Of a DNA stretch of 37,082 nucleotides, positions 15,001-23,243 are shown one piece after another. The stretch is from positions 1-37,082 of IMG/VR virus record IMGVR_UViG_3300022895_000234; one strand, 5' to 3'. Source of the DNA: a virus (lineage: Duplodnaviria; Caudoviricetes). How positions within the stretch are numbered: the first letter of the stretch is position 1; the number at the start of each line of letters is the position of its first letter. The notes beneath the pieces were generated by a model, which was not told where the DNA came from, searched no databases, and was given only the letters and a program-made list of their open reading frames with translations. Made by a program: the position numbers and the translations under genes.

Positions 15001-17716
15001 TGACCGCTACCCAGGTGGTGCCACTCCAGCGCTTTGGCGTGTTTGCGTTGCCGGTGGTATCGATCCACAGGTTTTGCGCCAGCCTATCGGCTACTGTCGG
15101 CGTTGCCGACTGGACGATAACCTTGCCCTTACCACCTGCCAGGGTGGCCGCGTCCTGAGCGGCCTGCTGGGCAGCGGTTACATTCTGGTTGGTGGTGGTC
15201 AGGCTCGACTGCAAACCCGTGATCTGGGTCGCCTGCGAGCTGGTGGTGCCCTCCAGGCTGGTGACCTTGGTCTCCACGGTCTGCACGCGGGCGGCGAGCC
15301 CGTTGGCCGACTGAACAACTTGGCCGACATCGGTCCAGTAGCTGGCATTAGGCGGCGCGGTATTTTTCGGTACTGCCTTCGATGCCTGGTACAGCTTGCC
15401 GTCGGTGCCGAGCACTGTCTGGCCAGCCGTGTAGGTTTTGTCGGCGTTGTACGGCAGCGATTTGGCGATCTGGCTGACGCCGTCGATCTGTCCCTGCAGG
15501 TCCTGCGCGGCCTGGTCGAGGTCCTGCTGCACCTGCCGGGCCGCCTCGGCAACTTGGTTAATGGCTTGCTGAGCCTGCTGGGTGGCCGTGTCCAGGTTGG
15601 ATTGGACCTGCGTGACCGCATCGCCCAGTTGGTCGGTGATCTCGGTGACCTGCTCGTCCAGCTCTTTCAGACGGCCATTTACCGAACCAGGCAGGCTTGG
15701 CGGCCCGGAAATCAGGGCGATCTCTTCGCGCATTGCGGGCGCCAGCTGGCCGTTGTCGATCTTGTCCTTCAGCGCATCGAGCATGTTGGTCACGTCCGTG
15801 GACGTGGAAGCCACCACTTTCAGGAAGGCGCTCACCCCGTAGGCGTTCTTTGACCGAACGAAATAGGCGTAGTTGGTGGCGAACGCCAGCCCGGTATGGG
15901 TCAAGGACAGGCCCTGGCCCAGGTAATCGCCCTGCGTGGCCTGTGGGTTGGTGGAGAAGAAGTATTCGTAGGTGCCGCCATTCAGACCATGCAGCGTGTT
16001 GCCCGGGATCAGGGTGATGGTGTCGATCGTCGCCTGTACCACGCACGATTCTGGGATCGGCGGACCATCGATGTTCACAGTGATGCTGGCCTCGCCGGAG
16101 CGGGTCATCGGGCCGAGGGCAGCCACGCTCATCGTGTAGCTGCCAGACGGCAGGCCGGACAGCGGGAGTTGAACGGCAGTCGCCGGCACCTGCTGAGCCT
16201 GCACCGCGGTAGTACCCTGGCGCACGGTCACGGCGTAGCCAACGACGGTACCGGCCGGCGGAGTCCAAGAAAGCACGCCCTGCACGACCTCGGCAGCGTC
16301 CTCGGTCGACCAGGTCAAATTGGTGGGGCTGCCCAAGCCACCGCCCGGCAGGCTGATAAAGCCTATAGGGTTGTACGGCTGACCCACGGCATCATCGAAG
16401 ATGGCCGGCTCATTCTGGGACACCGACACGCTGCAGCCAGTATCGGCCGCCATCGACCAGTCGGTGACAATGAACTCGCCGACGATGTTGAGGGAAGGCA
16501 GATTGACCTTCACGGAGCGGCCAGGCCGGCAGTTGTAGCCCACGAAGTTCATCGGAATGCTGAGCGTGCCGCCAGCGCGCCGGCGCCGAAGCTCGATATT
16601 CGCCAGGCGCTGCGCCTGGTACGGATCGCTCACGTACGAAAACGCCAGGGTCTCGGCCGCCTCGCCGCCATCGGCTACGACCCACTCGGCCACGGAGACC
16701 TCGGGATAATCGGTCTCGGCCCATGCCTGGGACGGATCGATGAAGGTGCCGCGCACAGTGTTGAGGGCCGAATCGTTGGAAGGCTCGGTGCTGCCGGTGA
16801 CGGTGCCGGTGACCATGTCCTCGGTGATCTCGAAGTCATATGGCCCGTAGTAGGCCCCCACCTGCAGCATCCAGCGACCGCCGACACGGATCAGCTTGCC
16901 ACCGCACGCTGCCTCCAGCTTCTGCATGACCTGGGTGCGCGACTCGTCGGCGCCGATCACGCAGCCCGAGTGATAGCGCGGTGAAGTGGAGCCGTCCGGG
17001 TTGGCGACCGACTCGTCGCATACGCTGGCACTGTTGGCGAAGCTGGCGTACACGATCTCATCATCTGGCACGCCGCAGCGATTGCGCAGGAACCAGAGAA
17101 TGTGCAGTGCCGTGTTCGCGCTGTATCCCGTCATGCCGGTGCGCGGGTCGTAGATATCCCGACGCCCACGGATGACGAAGCGGACGTCAGGAATGCCCGA
17201 TGGGTACTTTTCCGCGCTGTACTTGAACGACAGACGAACGTAGGACAGACCCCGCCCGATCTGGGTGTCGCGCCAATCCGGGCAGTTGGCCTTCAAAAAG
17301 GCGTTTACCTGAGCTGGGTCGACGACAAGCTCATAGGAGGCATGTTCACCATAGGCCTGGACAACCTCTTCACCGAGATAGATATCCTCCAGGCCATCGA
17401 TAGCCCCCTCAGACAGCACATAGACCATGTGCAGCCATTCACCATCGGTCTGGTCACCGGCTTGCTCCTGCCCCCAGGCCAGCACGCCGCCGGTGCTCAC
17501 CCGACCCAACACGTAGCGGGCGGCAGCTTTTGAAGAGCGCAGGGTCTGGCTGGACGGCTCACTGGCACGCAGCGAACCGGTATCCAGCTTGTCCTGCTGC
17601 GAAGAGACGTAGAACGCCAGCGCGGCACCTGCCAGGGCTCCCCAAGGGCCACCCTGGGCGAAGCCGACCACGGCGCCGACGGCGATCTGGGCGACCTTGC
17701 TGACTGCTGAACTCAT
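9041..17716 (-). CDS. Giant tail-tip / host-specificity protein (TipJ-like central fibre), 2891 aa
   Basis: N-terminal tail hub (SKAAARYVLGRV, YDPRTG..SANTAL, QAQRLANIEL), FN3-like regions, coiled coils, internal repeats, and a DUF1983-like C-terminus (AGIAIG..QRFAIV..LPFVVSNGQVFINQAVI). Follows the distal tail genes. Confidence 0.9.
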   Translation of the reverse strand: MSSAVSKVAQIAVGAVVGFAQGGPWGALAGAALAFYVSSQQDKLDTGSLRASEPSSQTLRSSKAAARYVLGRVSTGGVLAWGQEQAGDQTDGEWLHMVYVLSEGAIDGLEDIYLGEEVVQAYGEHASYELVVDPAQVNAFLKANCPDWRDTQIGRGLSYVRLSFKYSAEKYPSGIPDVRFVIRGRRDIYDPRTGMTGYSANTALHILWFLRNRCGVPDDEIVYASFANSASVCDESVANPDGSTSPRYHSGCVIGADESRTQVMQKLEAACGGKLIRVGGRWMLQVGAYYGPYDFEITEDMVTGTVTGSTEPSNDSALNTVRGTFIDPSQAWAETDYPEVSVAEWVVADGGEAAETLAFSYVSDPYQAQRLANIELRRRRAGGTLSIPMNFVGYNCRPGRSVKVNLPSLNIVGEFIVTDWSMAADTGCSVSVSQNEPAIFDDAVGQPYNPIGFISLPGGGLGSPTNLTWSTEDAAEVVQGVLSWTPPAGTVVGYAVTVRQGTTAVQAQQVPATAVQLPLSGLPSGSYTMSVAALGPMTRSGEASITVNIDGPPIPESCVVQATIDTITLIPGNTLHGLNGGTYEYFFSTNPQATQGDYLGQGLSLTHTGLAFATNYAYFVRSKNAYGVSAFLKVVASTSTDVTNMLDALKDKIDNGQLAPAMREEIALISGPPSLPGSVNGRLKELDEQVTEITDQLGDAVTQVQSNLDTATQQAQQAINQVAEAARQVQQDLDQAAQDLQGQIDGVSQIAKSLPYNADKTYTAGQTVLGTDGKLYQASKAVPKNTAPPNASYWTDVGQVVQSANGLAARVQTVETKVTSLEGTTSSQATQITGLQSSLTTTNQNVTAAQQAAQDAATLAGGKGKVIVQSATPTVADRLAQNLWIDTTGNANTPKRWSGTTWVAVTDKVATDAAAAAANALTVAQTKADASAVNNLSTRVTDAEGVITSQGQAMTGLQNSLVTTNQNVSAAQQAAQDASTLAGGKGKVIVQSAAPAAADRLAQNLWIDTTGNANTPKRWSGSAWVAVTDKVATDAAAAAASALSVAQTKADASAVDSLSTTVTQQGNTITSQGQALTGLNNSLTTTNQNVTAAQQAAQSASDLAGGKGKVLFQATAPAVADRAAQNLWIDTTGNANTPKRWNGSAWVAVTDKVATDAAAAAAAASALAQTKADASTVTALSNTVIQQGNTITAQGQALTSVQASVGSLAGSGSNLLPSPYSWLTSALLPGVASGGHATISGLAVPESDTGFGYRFSTNAGTVVTTSLYLMLSATNNAAGRNIRIEPGTYLVSMYIQVSAESRGRVSLYDGTHRYSPVVPLSSTRTRVTFPVTVTGSALVSLTIYPNTDALAGIVAIIDSVMVEARIGESNTPSPYVAGPTAGQVGALASTVQSIDARVSQTESGVSSQGSAITGLQNSLTTTNQNVTAAQQAAQAASDIAGSKGKVIVQSAAPATADRLAQNLWIDTTSGANTPKRWSGSAWVAVTDKVATDAAAAAANALALAQTKADATAVNSLGTRVTSAEGKIEAQGTALTNVQAAVGNIAGSGSNLMPAEYAVFGATVPALVLGGGQTASVEADPHGFNGYVLRLLQTSGSGTTYFAPNNIYSGANIALKNKKYILAWDAKSTSGAKQMQVSLRTITADGVVRFAPGQDVAITDQWARYSVLFDVTSPAFVADRMVVCVSASANPKDGIAVLVDRLMLEEQVGAGVEPSTFTVGNSAGQVGALANAVSQLDARVVQTETGLTSQGIALTGLQSSLTTTNQNVTSAQQAAQSASDLAGAKGKVLYQSAAPAAADRLAQNLWIDTTGNANTPKRWNGSAWVAVTDKVATDAAAAAAAANALVATKADASAVQSLQTTVTQQGNTLSSQGSSIVSISAALGNSAQEDVLLNPTWNAAGQLKTENGAIYQMDYANATDSGVPPNAPAERLLWRMKKAADTGWGGNVLLSTNKIGDTYQIFSRANAGDVINLSCHMFCENAATNAGKIAITPVDAAGETMGVGNIRILGYVAATGGWQFLSAQYKIPAGASGFRIYVVPEGVAPVGFKMWVANLKVSRQGAGESALASATQALDSRVSQTESGLTSQVSAITGLTNSLSTTNQNVTAAQQAAQAASDLAGGKGKVIIQSATPGTADRLAQNLWIDTTGNANTPKRWSGSAWVAVTDKVATDAANAAASALSQVAAKADASTVQALTNTVTQQGTTITAQGSDITNIKASVGVVSAENLLFNPAFADGPVFSGSPGFSVLARNDASVPAGAPSPRVVKWPVATSTGNNYLGFQSALNVRPPENAVTSQIAVAGGEVYDFELYAYSSVARQHGLWIQFYDLDGTSVGHNWVVAAGDGVRLTNVAQSWTKLTGQATVPAGCVRMAMTFRVSVGDAADVFLSSPIARKRAGQDNAQASALQSVDARVSVTEGAVSSQGSAITQLNNAVAGKADNSALQSLQGTVTQQGNTLSSQGQAVTQLQSSISGIGGSGSNLLADDYSWLTSTTLPATSVGSGVTREGVAVPDADSGFGYQAGSSTNSFLMLSPTNNLAGWNVRIEPGVYLVSMYIQCSAATNGRISLYNGTHRYGPTLALPTTRTRVTFPVTVTDSAKVGVTIYFNMSAVSGLTAIIDSVMIEKRVGESNTPSPFVAGPSARAVSGQATAISQLNTTVNQQGTAITAQASRLDGLYVQVNPEMEGDSTGLAGAIGSLVGVWTEQSARIEDGVAMGKRVDTVQSQVGDVEGSVQAVSASVQQVSETIAGVDGRVSAMTTIKAETITGGRRVMAGIAIGSDGQTGEILAFAQRFAIVDESSGQVTLPFVVSNGQVFINQAVINQAFIQNIVAGMTIRSQAVNSQGLPLLELNFVTGAVSIRGQDANGSTLLNNGGLYVYDANGIERTAVGRLT
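11141..15202 (-). repeat. Six direct copies of a 285-nt (95-aa) repeat inside the tail-tip gene
   Basis: LTTTNQNVTAAQQAAQ..LAGGKGKV..Q...P..ADRLAQNLWIDTTGNANTPKRW.GSAWVAVTDKVATDAAAAAA..KADASAV at about 14918-15202, 14552-14836, 14186-14470, 13178-13462, 12155-12439 and 11141-11425. Confidence 0.95.
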
Positions 17717-18111
17717 TCAACTCTCCAAACCGTTAACGGTTCACACTCGATACGGCACACCCCGTCAGGGGAAACCGACCAGAACTCATCTGCCCAGAAC
17801 ACCGCCACGCCACGACCATTTGGGCCGTCGTAGAGCGCGATGTCGCCTCGCTGGATCAATCCAGGCTGAACCCGGGTAAAGCAGCCATCCCAGGCGCCCT
17901 CTAACGATCCGTGCAGCTTCTTCAGAAGGCGCTTGGCGCCGGCCTCGGTTGAGTACTTGCCCCGGTAGGCCTCGGCAGGGTCCACACCGCACACCGCAAC
18001 GGCGCAGTCGGCGGCAAACAGGCAGCAGTCGAATTCACCCCATGAAAAAGGCCGCTCTATGGCGGCCTTGATCGTGTGGGCAAGCTGCGTCGTCCAATCG
18101 CGCTTTCGCAT
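17713..18111 (-). CDS. NlpC/P60-like tail assembly protein (DUF6950-type)
   Basis: RPFSWGEFDCCLFAAD and QRGDIAL motifs; position just before the tail-tip gene. Confidence 0.8.
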   Translation of the reverse strand: MRKRDWTTQLAHTIKAAIERPFSWGEFDCCLFAADCAVAVCGVDPAEAYRGKYSTEAGAKRLLKKLHGSLEGAWDGCFTRVQPGLIQRGDIALYDGPNGRGVAVFWADEFWSVSPDGVCRIECEPLTVWRVE

Positions 18112-18113
18112 GG

Positions 18114-18719
18114 TCACTTCTCGTAGGTGAACTTCGGGGCGTCCTTGGAGGCGCCCCAGTAGATGGGCCAGTCGGCAATTTGGGCGATCGCGAAGAAGAA
18201 GCGGTCATCCTGCCGGCGCGCGCGGTGGTTTTCATCCGTCCACCGCTCGGTACCAGTGCGATTCCACTCGGCCATTCGATCAATGAGCGGAACCGTGATG
18301 CTGTTGCCCGCCTCGCCATTGCCGGCGTAGGAGAACTTGGCGGCATCCATCCGTCCGCTGAACAGGATGTCGGCGGCGTAGGTGCCGTCCTCGGCGAACA
18401 CCACGAACATGAGTTTGCCGGCCCGACCTCGACAGCCTTTCAGCGAGGTTTCGGTGATGATCTGGGTATCCAGGCCGTTCAACGTCAGGTCAATCGACAT
18501 TGGCGAGCCTGAGTTGCTGCTCTCCTGTGACTGGCCGACGGCGCCGAAGCTGCCGACGCCCTGGTAGGTGATGCCGTCGATGACCAAGTCGCCGGTACCG
18601 GTGTGCGCGAAGACCATGCCATCAGGGAAATCGAGCTGGCAGGCATACACCGCCATGAAGTTACCCCTGGCAATGATGTCGACCACCGTTTGGCTGAAGG
18701 GGAAAACGCCTGTGGCCAT
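18114..18719 (-). CDS. Minor tail / tail-tip protein
   Basis: HTGTGDLVIDGITYQGVGSFG, LFSGRMD, RWTDENHRARRQDDRFF; synteny after the distal tail gene. Confidence 0.75.
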   Translation of the reverse strand: MATGVFPFSQTVVDIIARGNFMAVYACQLDFPDGMVFAHTGTGDLVIDGITYQGVGSFGAVGQSQESSNSGSPMSIDLTLNGLDTQIITETSLKGCRGRAGKLMFVVFAEDGTYAADILFSGRMDAAKFSYAGNGEAGNSITVPLIDRMAEWNRTGTERWTDENHRARRQDDRFFFAIAQIADWPIYWGASKDAPKFTYEK

Positions 18720-19303
18720 CAGAAGGCCTCCCGAAACTGGAAGCTACCGTTTGACACCACCGGCTGGATGCTCCATTGGTTGGTGTCATCCATGCGGCGC
18801 ATCTCGCAGTAGGGGTTCTTGTACTCGACCGGAGTGCCGGCGGCGATGGTCTTGCGCACACGCTTGTTCACGTAGATCACGGCCTTGCCGGCGGCGTCAG
18901 TCGAAGCTTGCTCAACGACCTCGAACATTTCGCCGCCGATGGTAATGTGGTCGCCGCGGCTGAACACCTGGCGGCTTGCCGTCATGCCCTGCAGCTGCAG
19001 GAACGTCGACTGGGCATTGGCCGAGGCCACGGTCGGAGCGCCGATGTTATCGGTCCGGGTTCGAGTGATCGACGGAACCTTCACCGTGCCAAACATGCCG
19101 TGTAGGCGGCCCAGCAGCGATGTCAGCTCGCGCTCTTCCTCTTCGTAGAGCACACCAAAGTTGAGCGTGCACATCCAGTACGAGCCCGGCTGCGCCACGA
19201 TCTGCTGGGAATTCGACAGCGACGAGGTGAACGCCCGGTTGTTGTAGACGATTCCCCAAGTCACCTCAGTGGGTTCCAGGGATTCCGGCCATTCCTCCGC
19301 CAT
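18719..19303 (-). CDS. Distal tail protein
   Basis: First gene after the tape measure; WPESLEP..AFTSSLSNSQQ..GSYW..FQFREAF pattern. Confidence 0.7.
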   Translation of the reverse strand: MAEEWPESLEPTEVTWGIVYNNRAFTSSLSNSQQIVAQPGSYWMCTLNFGVLYEEEERELTSLLGRLHGMFGTVKVPSITRTRTDNIGAPTVASANAQSTFLQLQGMTASRQVFSRGDHITIGGEMFEVVEQASTDAAGKAVIYVNKRVRKTIAAGTPVEYKNPYCEMRRMDDTNQWSIQPVVSNGSFQFREAF

Positions 19304-19317
19304 TGGATAGCTCCAAG

Positions 19318-19339
19318 AAAAAGCCCGCCGAAGCGGGCT
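19318..19339 (-). terminator. Rho-independent terminator after the tape measure gene
   Basis: AGCCCGC-TTCG-GCGGGCT followed by a T-run on the minus strand. Confidence 0.8.
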
Positions 19340-19346
19340 GGATCAA

Positions 19347-22300
19347 TCATCTGCGCTCGAGCAACTGCCTCGCCGCACCATTCGTTTTGAAGTCTCTCAG
19401 CATCAGCTGGTAGCCACCCTGGGCGCCGTCCAGCGCTACCTTTCGGATATCCTCTTTGGACAGAGCGCCCGCCCCATTGCTGAAGTGAAAATGCTGAGTG
19501 ATGCCGCCGAAGCTGATCGAGGAATTCCCGCCGGCATCGCCCGCGCCTGCGGCCATCACGCCGAGCGAACCATCCGGCCCGCGGTGCAGCGGCAGGATTG
19601 CCTCTGGCCCCGCCTCCGCGAAGATGCCCGCCCCCTTGGCGAAGGCGAACATCTGCGGGCTGTCGTACACCTGGCCAGAGTAGGCAGACAGGCTGGGCGA
19701 CTCGTAGACACCGCCCTTGGCATTCTTCACGAATGAGCCTTCGCTGAACCCCGTCATGGTGCCCTGCCCCAGTGCCGAGCTGCCGCCACCAAGGAAACCG
19801 AATGCCGAACTGAGAAAGCCGGCGGCGGCCTGGCGCACCTGGATGCGAATCAGGTCCTCGATGATCGCGTCCGCGAAGTCTTTGAACGACGCCTTCCCGG
19901 TCTTGATGAACTGGACAATGCCATCTTCAAGGTTGCTGAACGCATTGGTGAATAGTTCCTGTGTCTGGCCAGCGACATCGGCAGCGCTGTCGAGGTAGTT
20001 CTCCAGGGCTGCCGTGGCGCCATTGGACCAGCTCGACTGCGCCTCATCGACCCGTTCGAAATAGGTCTGTTGGGCAGCGAGACGCTTGTTAAGCTCGTCC
20101 GTGAGTACCTGCGTTTCCTGTTGGTACAACTCCGGACTGATCTGCCCAGTGTTGCGCTGCTCGTTCAGGGCGTTTAGGTCTTCCACGTACTTCTGGCGCA
20201 TCGCCAACTCTGCCCGCATGCGGTCGCGAGCTTTGTCACCACGGCCGATGCCGGCCAGGTCCTGATCGTAGCCATTGATCGTAGTCTGGGTGCTGGTCGC
20301 CTGTGCCGACTTGAATGCACTGAGCTTGAGAGCGTCCTCGTTAGCTTTCTTGATCTTGTTGAGCGCGTCTAGCTCGGCAGCCAGCTCCAGCAAGCGCTTC
20401 TGCTGAGCGTTCGACAGATCGCCGAGCTTGCCCTCCTGCAGCTCGAAGGAAAGCTTCGCGACTTCCGTCGCATCCTTCTGCTTGTCGCCAGTGGTGTTGA
20501 TCAGCTGAATCTGCCGTTTGTAGCCTTCCTCGGCGGACTCGAAATCCTTCAGCTGTTTCTTGGCGGACTGCTCGGCCTCAGATGAGCCCTTTCGGCGCGC
20601 CTTAGTGGCTTCGTCGTCGGCTTTCTTCTGGGCATCTCGTGCTGCTGCAACTGAAAGGATCGCCGCCTTTTCACCTTCCGTAAGGTCGGTTCTCTCAGCT
20701 ATGTAGCGCTTGGCGGCATCGGTGTTGGTTTTGTCCTGTGCTGAGGCTAGCTGCTTCAGCTGTTGATCAAGGTACTTTTGAGTTTCCTGGGCGGCCGCCG
20801 CCCTAGCCGCCGCGTTCTGCCTCTCTGCTTTCGTATTGGCGTCAGTTTCACCTGTCAGCTCAGCCATGGCCTCCTTGAGTCGGCTGATTACCTCAGCCTT
20901 CTCAGTTGCTGCGCCGCCGCTCTCCTCAAGCGCATCAGCCATTTCAGAGGTGACACCTGGCACCTCCCTGATTCGATCAGCTACTTCCTTCCAGTCAACA
21001 GCCATGCCATCAGCCTGATCAGCTGAGGCCTTCTTCACGATTTCCATTGCTGCCTGGAACTCGGCAGGCAGAGGCGCTATCCCTCCCATGAATCCGGCAG
21101 CGCCAGCCAGCCCGGCATTAGTTAGGCTGCTCTGGAACTCGAACGCAATCGATCCGGCTGCAGTCGTCAGCTCGCTTTCGGCATCCTGAATCGAGGCCTT
21201 GAGCTCGCGAAGGGTGACTGATTGGGTGGCCCGATTCAGCTTGTTGAAGCGCTCGACCAGCTTATCTATTGGATCGTTGAGGTCGCCAAGCTTCTGCTCA
21301 AGGACGCTAGTATTGTCCCGCAGCGTGAGGAAGGCCGTTGCCGCACCAATTGCCAGGGCGGCGATGCCCGCAGGGCCACCGAGCACGCCCATTAATCCAA
21401 GAGACGCCCGACTAACCGTCGCTTGCGCAGCAGCGACCGCGTTCGTTGCTCGGGTTTCGAGCATCCGCGCCTCAGCGAGCTGTAGAGACATCTGGGTTTG
21501 CACAGCAGTGCCGCGCGCCGCAATGGCCTCTTTCTCAGCCAGAAACACGGCTGTTTGGGCCTTCTGCTGTTCTGCCTGCGCGGCAAGCAACACAGCAGTT
21601 GCCTGGGACTTCCGTGCGATGGCGTCCGAGATAGCGCTCCTGGTCGCCGCAAGTGAAGCTGCGGCACTACCCGCCAGACTTCGGGCGTATCCCGCAAGTG
21701 CCCCAACAGCTACAACACCAGCAACGTTGGCAAGCGATTCGAAGTTATCTCCGATAACACTGATACCCTGAGCCAGAACCCCCGTTCCATCAGTGGTCTC
21801 ATTCAGGCGACCGATGTAGACGGAGAAAGCGTTGCTGAGATTCTGCAGTGCATCACGAACCGCTACGCCCATGCTGTCGGCCAGTTCACCGTTTGCCTGT
21901 GCCGACTTCTGTAAGCCCTCGGTGAGGATATCCAGACTGAGCTTGCCGTCTGCACCGAGAGCGCGGATCTCCTCGGCACTCTTGCCGGTCGCTTTTGCTA
22001 GCGTGTCTACGATGGTTGGCATCGCCGCTAGGATCGACTGCCAACCATCGGCCTCGACCTTGCCAGTCTGCAGCGCTTTGGAATATGCATCAATTGCAGA
22101 GGCGGCTTTGTCAGTGCTGGCCGAGTTGGTCACAAGCAGGAAGCTGAAACTGTCCATCACATCCAGCGCTTCGCTGGTGTTGTACCCCATGGACTTGAGG
22201 CTGTCTGCCGTCCGGATGTACAGCTCTTGAGCTTCATTCAGAGGGCGATAAGTGCGTTTTGCCGTATCTAGCAACCTGTCCTGCACCAGGTTGTATTCGT

Positions 22301-22601
22301 TGACGCTGGAGGTCGCCAGCCCCATCCGATCCGACATCTGAGAGTAGGAGTCGGCGACATCGATAATGGACCGGGCCGAGGCAGCGCCCACCGCCACGGC
22401 TAGAGCATTCTTGATCAGTGCGCCGGCACTCTGGGCACTCTCCCCCACCCGATCAAAGCTCTCGTCAATTCGAGCCAGGCCGCGGTCTATCGCCGTGGCA
22501 CCTTGGGCAACAGTGGACTCAGCTCTTGCGATTTCAGAGCGAAGCTGAGCAGTGGTCGCTTCAATACGGACCAGCATCCCCTGGATGTCTGAATCTGCCA
22601 T
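19347..22601 (-). CDS. Tail tape measure protein
   Basis: 1084-aa Ala-rich helical protein with a tape-measure N-domain (ADSYSQMSDRM..ELYIR), a lambda-type C-domain (AFSNLEDGIVQFIKTGKASFKDFADAI) and FAKGAG..EAGPEAILPL. Confidence 0.95.
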   Translation of the reverse strand: MADSDIQGMLVRIEATTAQLRSEIARAESTVAQGATAIDRGLARIDESFDRVGESAQSAGALIKNALAVAVGAASARSIIDVADSYSQMSDRMGLATSSVNEYNLVQDRLLDTAKRTYRPLNEAQELYIRTADSLKSMGYNTSEALDVMDSFSFLLVTNSASTDKAASAIDAYSKALQTGKVEADGWQSILAAMPTIVDTLAKATGKSAEEIRALGADGKLSLDILTEGLQKSAQANGELADSMGVAVRDALQNLSNAFSVYIGRLNETTDGTGVLAQGISVIGDNFESLANVAGVVAVGALAGYARSLAGSAAASLAATRSAISDAIARKSQATAVLLAAQAEQQKAQTAVFLAEKEAIAARGTAVQTQMSLQLAEARMLETRATNAVAAAQATVSRASLGLMGVLGGPAGIAALAIGAATAFLTLRDNTSVLEQKLGDLNDPIDKLVERFNKLNRATQSVTLRELKASIQDAESELTTAAGSIAFEFQSSLTNAGLAGAAGFMGGIAPLPAEFQAAMEIVKKASADQADGMAVDWKEVADRIREVPGVTSEMADALEESGGAATEKAEVISRLKEAMAELTGETDANTKAERQNAAARAAAAQETQKYLDQQLKQLASAQDKTNTDAAKRYIAERTDLTEGEKAAILSVAAARDAQKKADDEATKARRKGSSEAEQSAKKQLKDFESAEEGYKRQIQLINTTGDKQKDATEVAKLSFELQEGKLGDLSNAQQKRLLELAAELDALNKIKKANEDALKLSAFKSAQATSTQTTINGYDQDLAGIGRGDKARDRMRAELAMRQKYVEDLNALNEQRNTGQISPELYQQETQVLTDELNKRLAAQQTYFERVDEAQSSWSNGATAALENYLDSAADVAGQTQELFTNAFSNLEDGIVQFIKTGKASFKDFADAIIEDLIRIQVRQAAAGFLSSAFGFLGGGSSALGQGTMTGFSEGSFVKNAKGGVYESPSLSAYSGQVYDSPQMFAFAKGAGIFAEAGPEAILPLHRGPDGSLGVMAAGAGDAGGNSSISFGGITQHFHFSNGAGALSKEDIRKVALDGAQGGYQLMLRDFKTNGAARQLLERR

Positions 22602-22618
22602 GCCGATCTCCAGGCAAT

Positions 22619-22642
22619 AAAAAACCCGGCATCGCCGGGCTT
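22619..22642 (-). terminator. Rho-independent terminator after the moron gene
   Basis: CCCGGC-GAT-GCCGGG followed by T6 on the minus strand. Confidence 0.8.
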
Positions 22643-22662
22643 AAGAACATTGAATTCTCATA

Positions 22663-22920
22663 TCAATCGGGCCGTCTATTCGCTCGGTTCGCGGCATCGG
22701 CAACTTTTCTGGCTCGCTTTTCGAGGCGCTCTTGTTGCTTTACCGGGTCATTCAGATAGCGCAGCACGAGAGCTGCAACAACGAGAACGATGGCAGCTCC
22801 GAGACAAAAAACCAAAAAAGCTGCCCCTCCGGCGACCACGACAGTCGCGATTACCCCCAACATCCAGGGAGCAATCAGGACCATGATTACTAGAAGCCCC
22901 AGTAGGATAAGTAGCTGCAT
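22663..22920 (-). CDS. Small membrane protein, moron (possible superinfection exclusion)
   Basis: 85 aa with about 52 continuous hydrophobic residues and a basic tail; inserted between tail chaperone and tape measure, with its own terminator. Confidence 0.75.
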   Translation of the reverse strand: MQLLILLGLLVIMVLIAPWMLGVIATVVVAGGAAFLVFCLGAAIVLVVAALVLRYLNDPVKQQERLEKRARKVADAANRANRRPD

Positions 22921-22970
22921 GGATCCATCCCCAAATCAAATCGGGGTATAGGATAACTCCCGATTCCAAC

Positions 22971-23243
22971 TCAAGCAGCCTTTCTGCCCGTTAATGCCTG
23001 TCGCAGCTTCTCTGCCACAGTAGTAGGCTTAGGCTTATCCTGCTGCCCGCCCACCTTGCCAGCGCCAAATGGGTTCGTCATTTGCGCCCACTCAATCCTG
23101 GCGTCCATCGCCATGAACAGCTCGGGCAATGGAGTGCGCCACGCCGTGTCGGGTGACCATCCCAGCCAGCCTGTAGCGATCGAGAACAGCCGGTCGACGT
23201 AACTTCCGTCCTCAACGGCGCTTACGCCGTCCCGGCTTGATCC
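22971..23243 (-). CDS. Tail assembly chaperone gpT extension (gpGT via -1 frameshift)
   Basis: The -1 frame is open from the slippery site: GSSRDGVSAVEDGSYVDRLFSIATGWLGWSPDTAWRTPLPELFMAMDARIEW..KAA*. The LGWSP..AW motif is typical of gpT. Absent from the ORF track. Confidence 0.85.
   Translation of the reverse strand, partial: GSSRDGVSAVEDGSYVDRLFSIATGWLGWSPDTAWRTPLPELFMAMDARIEWAQMTNPFGAGKVGGQQDKPKPTTVAEKLRQALTGRKAA

Noticed and set aside
11141-15202. Repeat-spacer pattern as a CRISPR array, DGR or shufflon
   Set aside because: The repeats are 285-nt, in-frame, direct and synonymously diverged. No cas gene, reverse transcriptase, adenine-specific TR/VR pair or inverted recombination sites are visible.
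9108-17533. Many long + strand ORFs opposite the tail-tip gene (e.g. 14501-15853, 15896-16984)
   Set aside because: Antisense shadows expected from GC-rich codon bias; no recognisable motifs.
22650-22969. Alternative ORFs 22650-22886 (+) and 22748-22969 (-)
   Set aside because: They overlap the better-supported membrane ORF 22663-22920, which has an RBS, coherent hydrophobicity and a terminator.
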